NCBI GenBank assembly: GCA_963806185.1
Contig: CAWDXE010000001.1
Location: 704,001-768,000, forward strand
From: an uncultured candidate division Zixibacteria bacterium
GTDB lineage: Bacteria > Zixibacteria > MSB-5A5 > GN15 > FEB-12
DNA: 64,000 nucleotides
Direction: 5' to 3'
Both the position numbers and the translations under genes were made by a program. How positions within the stretch are numbered: position 1 is the stretch's first letter; each line of letters begins with the position of its first letter. Under the pieces are notes generated by a model. That model did not search any database and was not told where the DNA came from. It saw only the letters and a list, made by a program, of their open reading frames with translations. Shown here in pieces: positions 8,302-18,296 of the stretch.

Positions 8302-10303
8302 ACGACAGCTCCTTCAGTTTTTCAATCTCGTTACGCGTGCGACGGGCATAGGCCGCGATCTCAGAGTTGTTCGGCGCAACTTTGAGCGCCTTTTCCCATA
8401 TCGTCAGTGCCTCGCGCAGACGATTCTGCCCGTATAGGTCCACACCCACAAAGCGATATGCCTTTAAGAGGTACTCCCGCACCGATTGATAGCCGGGGGC
8501 GAGTCGTTCCACTTCTTCCCATGCCTCAATAGCCTGCGACAGGTCGCCCCGGTTGAAGGCGGTTTGGGCTTGATCATATGAATGTTGTACCTGCTTGAGA
8601 ACGTCGCGGCTCAGAGCGACCGCCTTAACGGTCGGCATCTTCAACCCCGATTGCAGGTTCTGGATTTCGTTTCGACAGGTCTTCTGGAGTTCGAGGCATC
8701 GTGCCTGGCCGGGGAACCGAACCAGCGCCGAGTCAAGCAGGTCTATGGAACGCTGATACTCCCTATTGACCATTTCCTTTTCCGCGGTCGCTTTGAAGCA
8801 CTCGAATTCCGCCTTCTTGAGCGCAACCTGAGCAAGCGCATTGTCGGGTGCCATGTTGTGCAGGGACTGAGCGGCTGTCAACGCCTGTATGGGGGCTCCG
8901 TAACTTATGAGGGAGTCGATCAACCAGACTCGCCGCTGAACAAATTCCTGCTGTCGAGCAACTTCGGCGCTCGCTTCAGCAGCTTGATGCGACATGTCCA
9001 TCGCCTCGGTCGAGGTCGAATCCACAGAAAGGGCCAGGCCGGCGAAATACCGGCATCCTGAGAAGTCGAGCGCCGCCAGATGGGCCCGCGCTGAGTCAAG
9101 ATGCGCGGCCAGCTCAATTCGTCGACTCGTTTGAAGAATCTGGGTGCGTACTCGTGCCGCCAGCATTGCGTACTCAGTAGTATCGATACCACTGTTGCGT
9201 GCAAGGAACAGGGCACGATCGAAGCTCGCGTCGGCGGCGGCCAGATCACCGGCGGAAAGGGCTCGTTTGCCCGATTCCAGAAGCTCGTTAGCCCGCTCCC
9301 CGTTCTTCTGGGTCAATCGTTCGCTCATGAGCCGATTGAAGGCAGCCTCTCGGCGCTCGGCACGAATGGAACGTCTTTCACTCACCGACTTGCCGATGCT
9401 CGTGGTCAGGGAAATCATGTGCAGTGCACCCAGCTCCCGATCCACCATAGCATAGTCAAAACTAATGCCGTTATACGAAATGCCGGCCCCACCGGAGAAC
9501 TTGTCTTCCTGAATACTGCCGCGGAGTTGCAGAATGTCGAAGAGTGAGAGTTCCAGTCCAAGAGATCCGCTGCCGGGAGTATTATCCCGTTTCGTGAGAC
9601 CACCGCTTATTTCCAGCGTTTGCCGATGATCCGGACTCATCAGCAACATACCGCTGAGCCCGGCTTGAAATTCAAACGGCGATTTGATCGACTCGTCGAC
9701 TAGGCGCATCGACGGCGCGATGATATTTCTTCCCACCAAAGTGAGACATATATCGTCGCACCAGCCGTACGGCGAGGGTATCTTTCTGGTGGCCGCTATG
9801 TCAAGGCCCGGCGTCGAGGTTGCTTTGTAGGTATCAAGCGAATGTGTTTCGATCGAGAACGTTGCACCCAGATCGAAAGAGCCGACCGACCGACCGTACG
9901 CCAACCGCAGTCCGAGGCGGCTGTCGGAGATTGAATCCAGCAGGAGATTCGATGCGTCGCGCTTCTCGATACCGTCGATGCCCAGTCGAGTGATCCCTAT
10001 GCCCAGCGATCCCCAATCCAGTGTGGGAAGAACAAGGCCGAGATACTGGTAAGTCACGTCAGAATCAAACAAGCGCGAGTGGAAACCCATAACCGTGTAC
10101 TTCTCTGCCCGGGCCAGACGGGCCGGATTCCAGAAGGGTGCGGTGGCATAGTCGCAAACCGCTACATCGGCGCCTCCGAGGGCCAAATCGCGCGCGCCGA
10201 CCCCAAACCCAAACGGCGACGCGGCGCCGCCGGTCTGCGCCAGAGTTCCGGTGCCGGCAAACAACAGCAAAAGCAAGCTGGCGAAAGTAAGAGACGTCTT
10301 CAT
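8291..10303 (-). CDS. PorV/PorP/PorQ-like (FadL-fold) outer membrane barrel fused to a C-terminal TPR/helical region
   Basis: Signal peptide; 'GVGARDLALGGA...A.FWNPARLA' PorV-family N-terminal motif; 'FDYAM...LGALHMISL' barrel end; then ~350 aa helical/TPR ('AIEAWEEVERLAP', 'ALTIWEKALKVAP'). Confidence 0.8.
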   Translation of the reverse strand: MKTSLTFASLLLLLFAGTGTLAQTGGAASPFGFGVGARDLALGGADVAVCDYATAPFWNPARLARAEKYTVMGFHSRLFDSDVTYQYLGLVLPTLDWGSLGIGITRLGIDGIEKRDASNLLLDSISDSRLGLRLAYGRSVGSFDLGATFSIETHSLDTYKATSTPGLDIAATRKIPSPYGWCDDICLTLVGRNIIAPSMRLVDESIKSPFEFQAGLSGMLLMSPDHRQTLEISGGLTKRDNTPGSGSLGLELSLFDILQLRGSIQEDKFSGGAGISYNGISFDYAMVDRELGALHMISLTTSIGKSVSERRSIRAERREAAFNRLMSERLTQKNGERANELLESGKRALSAGDLAAADASFDRALFLARNSGIDTTEYAMLAARVRTQILQTSRRIELAAHLDSARAHLAALDFSGCRYFAGLALSVDSTSTEAMDMSHQAAEASAEVARQQEFVQRRVWLIDSLISYGAPIQALTAAQSLHNMAPDNALAQVALKKAEFECFKATAEKEMVNREYQRSIDLLDSALVRFPGQARCLELQKTCRNEIQNLQSGLKMPTVKAVALSRDVLKQVQHSYDQAQTAFNRGDLSQAIEAWEEVERLAPGYQSVREYLLKAYRFVGVDLYGQNRLREALTIWEKALKVAPNNSEIAAYARRTRNEIEKLKELSYDE

Positions 10304-13300
10304 CGCACCACCGCAACCTTTCGCCTGAATGTCTCGGTCCGTCCCGAATCATAGGTCGCGATTATGCGACAGAAATAGACTCCGGGCACGACGGTTCGGC
10401 CGTCGCCGTTCATCCCGTTCCAGGTGTCACTCTGATAGGCACCAGCCGGGCGAAATGACTGATTGGAAATCCGAGAGACGGCGTCTCCGGTGATGGAGAA
10501 TATGTCTATGTCTACCATGGCATTCTCAGTCAGGACAAAGCCGATGGTTGTAACTTCCCCCCGCCCCGGGTTGAACGGATTGGGATAGTTCGTGAAGGAT
10601 GTCTCGAGTTCCGCCGCCACAATTGATATCTCACCGGCCGCAACGGGATACGTCGTGCCTGAGAGAACTGGATATACCGGCGTCTGCAGGCTCTTATCCA
10701 CAACGGTGATGAAGGACGAATCAAGAAAAGTAAGCACGATATTTCCGGGTTCGGCATCACCGGACAGATCGCAGGTCACGCGGATTGGCACACTCTCCCC
10801 GCGACTCATCGTTACGGGCGTCGACGCGATAATGGCAAGTGTATCGCCGGTCATCATGGTATCAGTGCCAATCTCTGCGCCGCCAATTTCCATGTGGAAT
10901 GCCGCCACAGACGCACTGATCGGACCGGCCGCGGAACCAGTTGAGACTCTGCGGCTCAGCGCAGCGGTCATTCCGCGAATTTCAATCTGCCCCAACGGAG
11001 AAGAAGATTGATACGCCAGTGTGCCCTCGAAAATGGTGACTTTGTGAGTTCCAGCGGGAGCCATTTGCACGGGTCTCACGGTTCGGACGGCAATTGGCCG
11101 ACCGGCCGGGAGTAATATAGACGTCGTGCCGGTCGTAAAGGGGAAGGTGGCAACACAACCGGCCGCCGCATTTGCCCCGACCGTTCGGCTCGGATCGCTC
11201 ATGTCATTGATGCTGAAGTCGGTCAGCCCGACTATGTGAAGGGCAAATGATCCGTAGGGCGCCTCGAGCCGGAAATCGCCCACCAGATCTATCTGAAGAC
11301 TATCGCCGGCCGACAGCACCAAACCGGAATCCGCCAACGTCAGGTCCATCGCCCCTCCCGGTGCCGGCACGATTTCACAGTCTCGAATTGCGCCACCATT
11401 GACGCTGACGCCCATTTTGTCGAATAATTGATCCGGATCGATTCCGCCGCCGCTGCCGTCCTCAATCTTCAGGTTCAGCCGGCTCAGTCGCACAGCCGAA
11501 TGTTGAGGCAAGGTGGGATACGTCACGCCAAGGGAGACCAGCGGCACCGCTCCGGCGCCACCGGCGATTGATGACGGCGCGATATCATCGAGGCAGATTG
11601 AGACCGGCTCGGCGGGCAACCGGAACGCTGACCAGTTTGATACGATCGGGAAGACATTGCCGCTCGCCAACGTAGTATCTGAGACAGCCAGCAGGGCCGA
11701 ACCGGTGTTCAAGTCCCGCACGGTAAACAGACTGCTATCGGCAATCCGGAGTTGGAATCCGGCCGCCGGAACTGATGGTCTGACGGAAACTGCAACTACG
11801 ATGGAATCGATCTCCTGTGCCGATAGATTCACGGGAGTGGATAATGGTATATCAATGTTTGACGAATCCTGAAACGCGAGTGTCACTTCACCGATGAGGT
11901 AGTTGTGTCGCCAGACAGTCAGCTTGCTGAAGAGATCTCCGGCCGGCAATCCGTTCCCGATTGAGTCAGTGACTTCCAGTGATACTTCAGTCAACTGCAC
12001 CGCGGAGCTTCCCGATTCGCCCCCATGTCTCACCAGCAATTTGAGAATGTTTGCGTCCTGCTGGCCGTTGTTGATTGTCGGCAAGGTGCAGGAAGCGGCT
12101 GAAACGGCAATCTGTTGAGACGGTTCGTCGATTCGCGTGGATGCGGTCCGCATGGGATACGTGACAGATTGTGCATTTGGAACCGTTTGTCCGGTGTTGG
12201 CATCAAGCAGCGGTATCCATGACGCACTGTCTACTGATATGCTGAAGTCAGGCGCGACAGTACTGGGGACAATATCGACGATCAAGAGGAGTGTTTGTAC
12301 GCCGCTCGGCCCAATTGACACCGGATGACTGAAGGCAAGCTGCACTGCTGATTCAGTTGGAACCGTCGTGAGCACCGAGAGAATTTCATATCCGGCCGCT
12401 ATCATCATCCGGCTGAAAACTGAGTTGGCTGGAACTGCGGCTCCCTGCCCATCGGCCACACGGAAACGCAGGTATTGAATCTCCATGGCCGCTACGGCCG
12501 TACTGGTGTCCGGATGGGCACATTCCAGGGTCATGGGAAAGATATAGCTCTGGCCCTTTGTTACCGCGGTGGGACTGGTATTGAGCAACCGCGGCGTGAC
12601 GGGAGATATCGCGCGTTGAATGCACGACGGAAGTGTTTGAATCAGGATTGAGGAGTCCACGGGTGCTCTTGAAACCGCCTGGAATGACCAGGATTCACGG
12701 CCTTCGCCGGTAGCTGTGAAATAGAAATGGCGGGTGATCGATTCGCCTGACGCCAGATTCACCGGGCCGTTCGAACTGCTATCCAGCCGCACGAGCGACG
12801 GATTCTCTATCTCCACCAGACTGGCGAACACGGAGTCAATCGGGCTGCCCGTGAGATTGGTGACGGTAAGGGGGACCTCGATCGATTGGCCCACAGAGTA
12901 CGTCTCCCGCATCGGTCCCAGCGAAACTTTCAATCCCGAAGTCGACACCGTGAACGTACCCGGCGCCAAGATTGACGAATCGATCGGACCGTCGTTGTCC
13001 GATTCAAAGTCACAGCCTGCTTGCGGAATCTCCAGCCGGATGGTGGCATTCGGCTCCGCCGAGATCGCAATGTCTCCTGCAATGAATAGTTGGGGCGGGG
13101 TTGACGAAACAAACAAGCCCAGGTCACTCAAGGACCACGTCCCCGCACCATAGGCGAATGAGCCCAGCATCGAATCACCCGCATCGAGCTGGTGATTGGT
13201 ATTGACGTCGTGCCACAGGGAAAGCTCCGCAATGGTCGTATTGTTGGCCGTCCCGAGATTGCTCACATATATATTGTGGAGCCAATCCGGCCGATCACCG

Positions 13301-16300
13301 TTGAAGGCCGGAGAGAACGACAATAGAACAACATTGGTATCACCCGGAGCCAGCGAGCGGCCGGTGGGGCCATAGATCGCGTACTGACGCCGAATAGAAC
13401 CATCGACGACAAGCTCTCCCCGGCTGGAAAGTGGTAAGTCACCATTGAGATTGACAATCTCGGAAAACGAGAAATTAGTAGCCTTCGCAATAGTGGTTGA
13501 CAGCGTATCGCCATCAATCGGATCGAGCGGCAGATCGGAGATGACAAAGAAATACGCCAACGACTCAGGCGGGAGCGTGGCGGTGAACCCCTCAAACCGC
13601 AATGTCCCGTTGGAAAACAGTCCCGTCCCGATAAGCTGATCGTTGTCCAGAATCCGGTTCCGGTTGGTGTCCCAGAATAATGACACTTGACCCAATTCGT
13701 GATCGGCAAAATCCGTCGACCCAGCCGAGCGAGTGCTGTTGGTGAGCGTCAATTGAGTCAGCGTCTTCGGCTGACTGACATACCCGTTGTACAGGGCAAA
13801 CGTCAAGAGCCCCAGATCGGCCGAACCGGGATATACCGGCGCCGACGGAGTGGGAATCGATATTGCGGTCACCCGGTTTGACGGGAAAATGAGAAATGAT
13901 GACGTATTGGCGACCGCGACATCATCCGGTCCCGTCGTCCCGGCGGTGGTCGTCACACCCAGCGGCGGAAGGTCAAGACGCAATGTCCCGCCTTCGAATT
14001 GCTCTGCCGAGACAGATGTCGTGACGACAAATCGATTTAGCGGCGAATCCAGGGCAGTGCTGATGCCGCTGAGTCTCCATTCCTCCCCGATCAACCCGAA
14101 TTGCCCGACCGCTGCATCATCGGTGCTGAATCCGTTTCCAGTGCGATCTTTCCAGAGCCGTACGTTTTCCAGCACATCATGTTCAGACAGGGTGCCCGAA
14201 TTCACAACCTTTATGGACGTCAGCCTGTCGGCCGCGTAACCGTTGCGGGGAATTTCGAAATCCAGAACCGGTTGATCGACCTGCCCCGCGTAAAGATTGC
14301 CGGATGGGAGCGAATGTACGACCACCGCTGCCGCCGGGAAAGCGTCGATCGAGAATGTCGATGGATTCGTCAGCGGAAAACTACCGGTCAACCTGACCGC
14401 CTGATCAAATACTATTGCCGACGAGTCCGCCAGCGAGAAACCGATCGAGTTGCCATTCTTACACTTGAGTAGACTAAGCTTTGCCGCCACCACGACAGTG
14501 CAGCTTCCGCCACTTCCTGCTACCGCGAGCCCTCCTACATGAAAGTCGGCGTAACCGCTTTGCACGCGGCCGAGGGTAACCAACGAGTCAGCGGCGGATA
14601 TCGATCCCGGTACGCCGTCACGGTCGAGATACAAGTAGACCGAGTCGACTTGCGATGCCAGTTGTGCCGCGCTCGCGCCCTGCGGGTCGGTGCCCAGAAA
14701 CGCAAAGCGACACGAATCTATGGCGACTGACTGCGTGTATCCATTGGTCATTTGTATTGCGAAAAGCGGCCCGGTCGACTGGCCGGGAATGCAGGGATGG
14801 GCAGACACGGCCACCCTCGACGCAATGATTGCCTGCGGCCCCTCAATAGTGAGTGTGTCCGGAGAAGGTACCTCCTGATCGATCGGCCCATCGTTGCCCG
14901 AGCTGACGCGAATACCATCTATCGGAACCGCCAGTGCCACGGTCGCGCCGTCATTCGGATACCGATTCAACCTGGCGGCGACAAAAAGCCTCGACGCTGG
15001 GTCGTCCAAGGTGAGCGCCAGGCCGCCTCGCGACCAGCTTTCACCGTTGAATACCATGCTGCCAAGTGAAGATTCTGCGGACGAGCCACCCCAGAGACCA
15101 TCGCCGTCGTCCGCAAAGATCACGAGCGAATCGAAATCGGTTTCAGAAGAAGTTCCAGCGTTGACAAGGGTGATGGCCCTGAGCGTATCAGCGTCGTAGC
15201 CGTTGCGCGGCAAATCCAAAGTCAGACAGAGCTGGAGACTGTCGGCTACGGTCAGCGTACTGAAACCCGTCGAGACGGCCGTGACTTGTGATGCCACCAA
15301 ACCGTTCACCTCGGTTAAGCCCAACGAATTTGACAGCGGCGGCCCCGCGACGATCGTCAGATCGGCGGTCTCGATATCCGCTCCGGGAATCAGGGCAACA
15401 TCGACAGTATCACCATCCCTCGCCATCATTGCGGATACAGCCGTGATAATGAATGTAAGGCCGCTGTCCGCCGGTATTTCGATAGGTTGAACGGCAAACG
15501 CCATCTCACCCGACCCGTATGCGGTCTCGGCCAACAGGCTATCGGCAACGGAGAGCAATGAATCATCGTCGCGGTCGACATACAGCCGCGCCGCCACCAT
15601 GTTGGCCGCCAGTTGCTCAGCTGTCCCCGTTCCCGTCGACAGATCCCGGACTGCCATCGCCGTCACGGTCTTCGAAGCGCTGAAGTAATTGTCGATTCGG
15701 AACTCTGCGACCGGCGCCTCAGCACCGTCAGGATGAATCGTGCCGTTACCAAGCGGGATCGTTGAAAAATACAGTTCCTCCACGCGAAGGTCTGCAGTGG
15801 TATCGACTATGCCGGCTATCTGGTTGCTCACACTCACCGCGCCGAGCCCGGGAGCAGTGGCAATGTATGTTCCGGATGCGTCGATTCTCCCAACTCGCCC
15901 GAGCGACCGCCAGGACACGACTCCCGGATCAGTCGCGTTGCCGAGACTATCAAGTCCAATGGCCGTGAATTTGATCGTGTCGCCAATGCCTGCCCGAACT
16001 GAGTCCGGCTCCACTCTGATACTCACCAGCGGTCCGGGTATGACAGTGATAGTGCCGCTCGTGTCGACCAATCCGCCCGCTTCGACGACAACATGGCCGG
16101 TGCCGGTTGTTTGGGCGGTGAATAGTCCATCTGCGGCGATTGTACCGAGACCGCCCAACATGTCCCAGGCAGTGACAGGCTGGGGAACCGTGATATTGTG
16201 ATCTGCGTCTCGCGAAACCATTTCAAAGCGGAGTGAATCGCCTGCTTGCAGCGTTCCCGTATCCGGAATAATCTCCAGCGAAACCGGCTCGCCGCTCGAT

Positions 16301-18261
16301 ACGGTAATGTCACCGGTGGTATCAGCCAGACCGCTGGCGTGCACGGCAACAACCTTGATCAGCCCGAGTCTGCGTAATGAGAGAACCGTGGACGGTCCGG
16401 TGTTTGGCGTGAGTTCACCGATTGATGGAGTACCGAGCAGGCTCCAATCGACCGACACATCGCTGATTAGATTATTGAGAGCGGTATAGCCACGGGCAAA
16501 AAGTTGGGTTGTGTCATTGTCAGTGGTGACCCCAAGAGTGTCTACCACCGTGCCGTCGAAGAGTTCGATTCGCACATGATCGAGACCACCACCGAGGGTG
16601 ACGCTTACTTCTCCCGAATCTCTGATACCGCTGTATGAAGCCTTCACCCAGTAAGAACCGATCAGCCCCGCAGTGTACAGACCGCTCGCGCTGATGTTCC
16701 CAACGATATCAGTCGTGTACCAGCTCACTGAATCGGTGTAATCCGCGATGAAGTTCGCCAAAGCGTCGTACCCCAGGGCGGAGTACTGATGAGACTCCAG
16801 CGTCGGGACAACATTCGTCGACGGTAGCACATCGATATTCGCCAGCGGCCCCGGGGTCACCCGGATCGTGTCGCTTTCCGCGCTCAGTCCCAGAGTATCC
16901 TGAACGGTGATCAATCCTGATCCCGAATGCGCTGCAACGAACAGTCCAGTCGAATCAATCTCGCCTATGTTGCCGCTGACATTCCAACTGAGCGTCCCGA
17001 CATCCGTAATAGTATCACCGTGCTGATCCAGGCCGATCACCGAGAACAACTGAGAATCGCCGGCCTGAATTGTCAGACTGTCCGGAATGATCTCCAACGC
17101 CACCGGAGCACCCGCTTTGACGTACATGGGCCCGGATTGCGCAGTGACGCCGTCGATATTGGAAGTGACAGAGATAAACCCCGTACCGGCACGGTCAGGA
17201 ACAAAGAGACCGGTCGAATCAACGGAACCAGTAGCAAACGTGTGCGACCAGGTCAGAATACCTTCGGGTGCAGGATTGTCTGCACTGTCGTGAGCTATGG
17301 CTATGAATTGGTACGTGGAGTCGCTCGACAGCGTATCCAGCAGGGGCAGAATTGCCAGATGGTCCAGCCCGCCCGTCTCTAAAGCGCCGAGATCCGGGGC
17401 GAGTCCGGTGTACGCACATCCGATATCAATGCCGGCGTCGATAGCCGGCGATCCGAAATCGAGGTGAAAGTCACCCGCCGCCGTATCGACGAACAATGGA
17501 TCCAGCGACAATCCGCCCGCAGAGTCCGCCACGCCCCCAAAGAAGTCTCCGGCGTTGTTGTCCCAAAGCAGATTGAAGGCGCAGATATTGCCGGTTACAC
17601 CCGAAATCCCTTGAACGCACGATGCAATGATGTTGTCAACGATGCGGGCTGTGTTTTCGTTCACCTGGATATCGATACCGGTGTTGGCGACGTAGATCGT
17701 ATTGCCGAGAATCGATGTGCTTTTCGCGTCATGCAGATTGTACACACCAGCTCTCCCTGAGCGAAGCAACAATGAGCGAACAACACGGTTACCCGAACCT
17801 TCGATCTGGATAGCATTCTCTTTAGCATCGTGAACATAACAGTATGCGATGACACACGAGTCTCCCTCGACTCGTATGCCGTGCTTCCTTGTTGACAACA
17901 GTTCCAGTCCTTCGACACGGATGAACGACTCTGAGAGTGAAATGATCGTGATATCATGATCCTGCGCATCAATGGTCGGTAGGCCACCGTATCCTCGATA
18001 GACAATTGGAGCCACCGCTGTTCCGTGGGTTTTCAAATCAATTGTACTGCCGACGGTATACACTCCGGAGAGAATATTGATAGTGTCACCAGGATGGAGG
18101 AGATGATCTTCTTCGCCATTGTCAATCGTTGCCCAGGCTTCTGTTTCACTCAATCCCGATTTCGAATCGTCTCCCGTGGGTGCGACAAAATACGACGTCG
18201 CGCCTGCGGACATCGCCAGAGACGAGATGAGCACCACCCTTTTGAGCAGCCGATATATCAT
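10300..18261 (-). CDS. Giant (2653 aa) secreted/surface protein: beta-helix + Ig-like repeats + Ca-loop-bearing repeats + FlgD-Ig C-terminal sorting domain
   Basis: Signal peptide; 'YFVAPTGDDS..G.SE..AW.TI' and 'DFHL..GSPAIDAG' (pectin-lyase-fold beta-helix); Big_2-like repeats; repeated 'L(W/Y)xDxDxD/NG' loops; C-terminal 'NYPNPFNP...WNG...G...VPGVYFCRI...KVAVVR'. Confidence 0.88.
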   Translation of the reverse strand: MIYRLLKRVVLISSLAMSAGATSYFVAPTGDDSKSGLSETEAWATIDNGEEDHLLHPGDTINILSGVYTVGSTIDLKTHGTAVAPIVYRGYGGLPTIDAQDHDITIISLSESFIRVEGLELLSTRKHGIRVEGDSCVIAYCYVHDAKENAIQIEGSGNRVVRSLLLRSGRAGVYNLHDAKSTSILGNTIYVANTGIDIQVNENTARIVDNIIASCVQGISGVTGNICAFNLLWDNNAGDFFGGVADSAGGLSLDPLFVDTAAGDFHLDFGSPAIDAGIDIGCAYTGLAPDLGALETGGLDHLAILPLLDTLSSDSTYQFIAIAHDSADNPAPEGILTWSHTFATGSVDSTGLFVPDRAGTGFISVTSNIDGVTAQSGPMYVKAGAPVALEIIPDSLTIQAGDSQLFSVIGLDQHGDTITDVGTLSWNVSGNIGEIDSTGLFVAAHSGSGLITVQDTLGLSAESDTIRVTPGPLANIDVLPSTNVVPTLESHQYSALGYDALANFIADYTDSVSWYTTDIVGNISASGLYTAGLIGSYWVKASYSGIRDSGEVSVTLGGGLDHVRIELFDGTVVDTLGVTTDNDTTQLFARGYTALNNLISDVSVDWSLLGTPSIGELTPNTGPSTVLSLRRLGLIKVVAVHASGLADTTGDITVSSGEPVSLEIIPDTGTLQAGDSLRFEMVSRDADHNITVPQPVTAWDMLGGLGTIAADGLFTAQTTGTGHVVVEAGGLVDTSGTITVIPGPLVSIRVEPDSVRAGIGDTIKFTAIGLDSLGNATDPGVVSWRSLGRVGRIDASGTYIATAPGLGAVSVSNQIAGIVDTTADLRVEELYFSTIPLGNGTIHPDGAEAPVAEFRIDNYFSASKTVTAMAVRDLSTGTGTAEQLAANMVAARLYVDRDDDSLLSVADSLLAETAYGSGEMAFAVQPIEIPADSGLTFIITAVSAMMARDGDTVDVALIPGADIETADLTIVAGPPLSNSLGLTEVNGLVASQVTAVSTGFSTLTVADSLQLCLTLDLPRNGYDADTLRAITLVNAGTSSETDFDSLVIFADDGDGLWGGSSAESSLGSMVFNGESWSRGGLALTLDDPASRLFVAARLNRYPNDGATVALAVPIDGIRVSSGNDGPIDQEVPSPDTLTIEGPQAIIASRVAVSAHPCIPGQSTGPLFAIQMTNGYTQSVAIDSCRFAFLGTDPQGASAAQLASQVDSVYLYLDRDGVPGSISAADSLVTLGRVQSGYADFHVGGLAVAGSGGSCTVVVAAKLSLLKCKNGNSIGFSLADSSAIVFDQAVRLTGSFPLTNPSTFSIDAFPAAAVVVHSLPSGNLYAGQVDQPVLDFEIPRNGYAADRLTSIKVVNSGTLSEHDVLENVRLWKDRTGNGFSTDDAAVGQFGLIGEEWRLSGISTALDSPLNRFVVTTSVSAEQFEGGTLRLDLPPLGVTTTAGTTGPDDVAVANTSSFLIFPSNRVTAISIPTPSAPVYPGSADLGLLTFALYNGYVSQPKTLTQLTLTNSTRSAGSTDFADHELGQVSLFWDTNRNRILDNDQLIGTGLFSNGTLRFEGFTATLPPESLAYFFVISDLPLDPIDGDTLSTTIAKATNFSFSEIVNLNGDLPLSSRGELVVDGSIRRQYAIYGPTGRSLAPGDTNVVLLSFSPAFNGDRPDWLHNIYVSNLGTANNTTIAELSLWHDVNTNHQLDAGDSMLGSFAYGAGTWSLSDLGLFVSSTPPQLFIAGDIAISAEPNATIRLEIPQAGCDFESDNDGPIDSSILAPGTFTVSTSGLKVSLGPMRETYSVGQSIEVPLTVTNLTGSPIDSVFASLVEIENPSLVRLDSSSNGPVNLASGESITRHFYFTATGEGRESWSFQAVSRAPVDSSILIQTLPSCIQRAISPVTPRLLNTSPTAVTKGQSYIFPMTLECAHPDTSTAVAAMEIQYLRFRVADGQGAAVPANSVFSRMMIAAGYEILSVLTTVPTESAVQLAFSHPVSIGPSGVQTLLLIVDIVPSTVAPDFSISVDSASWIPLLDANTGQTVPNAQSVTYPMRTASTRIDEPSQQIAVSAASCTLPTINNGQQDANILKLLVRHGGESGSSAVQLTEVSLEVTDSIGNGLPAGDLFSKLTVWRHNYLIGEVTLAFQDSSNIDIPLSTPVNLSAQEIDSIVVAVSVRPSVPAAGFQLRIADSSLFTVRDLNTGSALLAVSDTTLASGNVFPIVSNWSAFRLPAEPVSICLDDIAPSSIAGGAGAVPLVSLGVTYPTLPQHSAVRLSRLNLKIEDGSGGGIDPDQLFDKMGVSVNGGAIRDCEIVPAPGGAMDLTLADSGLVLSAGDSLQIDLVGDFRLEAPYGSFALHIVGLTDFSINDMSDPSRTVGANAAAGCVATFPFTTGTTSILLPAGRPIAVRTVRPVQMAPAGTHKVTIFEGTLAYQSSSPLGQIEIRGMTAALSRRVSTGSAAGPISASVAAFHMEIGGAEIGTDTMMTGDTLAIIASTPVTMSRGESVPIRVTCDLSGDAEPGNIVLTFLDSSFITVVDKSLQTPVYPVLSGTTYPVAAGEISIVAAELETSFTNYPNPFNPGRGEVTTIGFVLTENAMVDIDIFSITGDAVSRISNQSFRPAGAYQSDTWNGMNGDGRTVVPGVYFCRIIATYDSGRTETFRRKVAVVR

Positions 18262-18296
18262 GTTTAGTTATCTGCCCCTACCCCCGATTAACTTAT

